This document shows positions 31,385 through 32,000 of a stretch of DNA of 32,000 nt, one piece after another. The first letter of the stretch is position 1, and each line of letters begins with the position of its first letter. The stretch comes from Pseudanabaena sp. UBA1465 (GTDB lineage Bacteria; Cyanobacteriota; Cyanobacteriia; Pseudanabaenales; Pseudanabaenaceae). Where the stretch lies: contig DCSN01000229.1 in NCBI GenBank assembly GCA_002325645.1, positions 6,143 to 38,142 on the forward strand, written 5' to 3'. A model generated the notes under the pieces. It did no database searches. It was given only the letters and a program-made list of their open reading frames with translations, and had not been told where the DNA came from. A program made the position numbers and the translations under genes.

Positions 31385-31416
31385 AAGCGATCGCGGTGTA
31401 AACCATTTTCTATCTC

Positions 31417-31459
31417 CAAAACAGCAAAAGCCTTGCAATGCGAGGCTTTTGCTGTTTTG
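31417..31459 (-). terminator. Second hairpin downstream of sir
   Basis: caaaacagcaaaagcc ttgcaatgcga ggcttttgctgttttg. Confidence 0.5.
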
Positions 31460-31469
31460 ATAAGGGTCC

Positions 31470-31511
31470 TAAAAACTGTGGCGCACGCGCCGCGTGCACC
31501 ACAGTTTTTAG
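31470..31511 (-). terminator. First hairpin downstream of sir
   Basis: ctaaaaactgtgg(c)gcacgcg/cgcgtgcaccacagtttttag is a long GC-cored stem with A/T-run flanks. Confidence 0.6.
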
Positions 31512-31530
31512 CTCTGGTTTTTATAGAGTT

Positions 31531-32000
31531 CTAACCTAAATATTTCTCTAAAGCTGCCTCAACAATATCCTTCATCGAAGCACCCTGCACCTCCACAGCA
31601 TTTTTCAATAATTCATAGGATTTTCCTGAAAGGGTGACACGATGGCGAATATCTTTGCGTTTACCTTTGCTTCCATCAACTTCAGGCACATATTCAGTTA
31701 CATAGGCTTCCGCGAACTGACGTAAATCCTCAATGCCTTTGCGATCGCAAAAATCACCAAACCCTTCACCCTCCACGCGTTCATTTTTGAAGTAAACAAA
31801 CAAAGGCTCTAGACCTTTCTCCAAATTGTTAATGTGCAAGCGTTGGACATAGGGCTGAGCCAAACGGGTTGAGTCAAAATTACCGCCTAGCCAAATTTGG
31901 TATTCATCAACAGCGCTACCGACAAAGGCAAGTTCGGCCATGTAGGGACGGGCGCAACCGTTGGGGCAACCTGTCATGCGGGTGACAAAGGTTTCATTGT
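31531..32000 (-). CDS. sir: Ferredoxin-sulfite reductase, C-terminal part (gene continues beyond the right edge)
   Basis: [19 protein letters not shown] (sirohaem/4Fe-4S Cys region) and the Sir-like tail. The reading frame is open to the window edge. Confidence 0.8.
   Translation of the reverse strand, partial: NETFVTRMTGCPNGCARPYMAELAFVGSAVDEYQIWLGGNFDSTRLAQPYVQRLHINNLEKGLEPLFVYFKNERVEGEGFGDFCDRKGIEDLRQFAEAYVTEYVPEVDGSKGKRKDIRHRVTLSGKSYELLKNAVEVQGASMKDIVEAALEKYLG

Overview
This is a cyanobacterial chromosomal window. HIP1 palindromes (GCGATCGC) occur throughout, on average several per kb. No rRNA, tRNA or CRISPR array was seen.

Core content:
- gpsA, a bifunctional-nuclease-family gene, a RodZ-like gene and an RluB-type pseudouridine synthase (0.7-4.6 kb).
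- A complete nitrate-assimilation cluster, nirA-nrtA-nrtB-nrtD-nrtC-narB (4.99-14.1 kb), with an NtcA box upstream.
- An LptC-like gene, a phytol/dolichol-kinase-family gene and an ndhH-A-I-G-E operon (25.4-29.5 kb).
- A 5'-truncated GT1 glycosyltransferase and the 3' part of ferredoxin-sulfite reductase.

Between narB and the LptC-like gene lies an accessory island of about 8.4 kb (roughly 14.1-22.6 kb), and it holds the most interesting material:
1. A tightly coupled four-gene operon. It encodes a small DUF29-like protein, a Bell-like effector with a hydrophobic N-terminus, a second DUF29-like paralogue, and an 829-aa NB-ARC/TPR STAND (NLR-like) NTPase.
   - The effector C-terminus and the NLR N-terminus share a motif of about 20 aa. 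This fits the amyloid-signalling (Bell/BASS-NLR) architecture.
   - The interposed, duplicated DUF29-like component is not part of any described system that I know of.
2. A graveyard of five toxin-antitoxin-like cassettes: parDE, phd-relE-hicB, small protein + HNH, DUF2281-like + relE, and DUF6883 + DUF4926. They are interleaved with relics of NLR/TPR gene 3' ends.
3. An internally deleted IscB (OMEGA nuclease) relic that still has its upstream omega-RNA-like region. A second, orphan homologue of that RNA sits at 31.0-31.4 kb, next to the truncated glycosyltransferase.

Other observations: a nested-palindrome MITE-like element of about 390 bp at 333-721, a 4 x 12-nt tandem repeat in the nirA leader, and long perfect hairpins after nearly every gene, including each ndh intercistronic gap.

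All homology calls come from reading the translations by eye. No database search was run.
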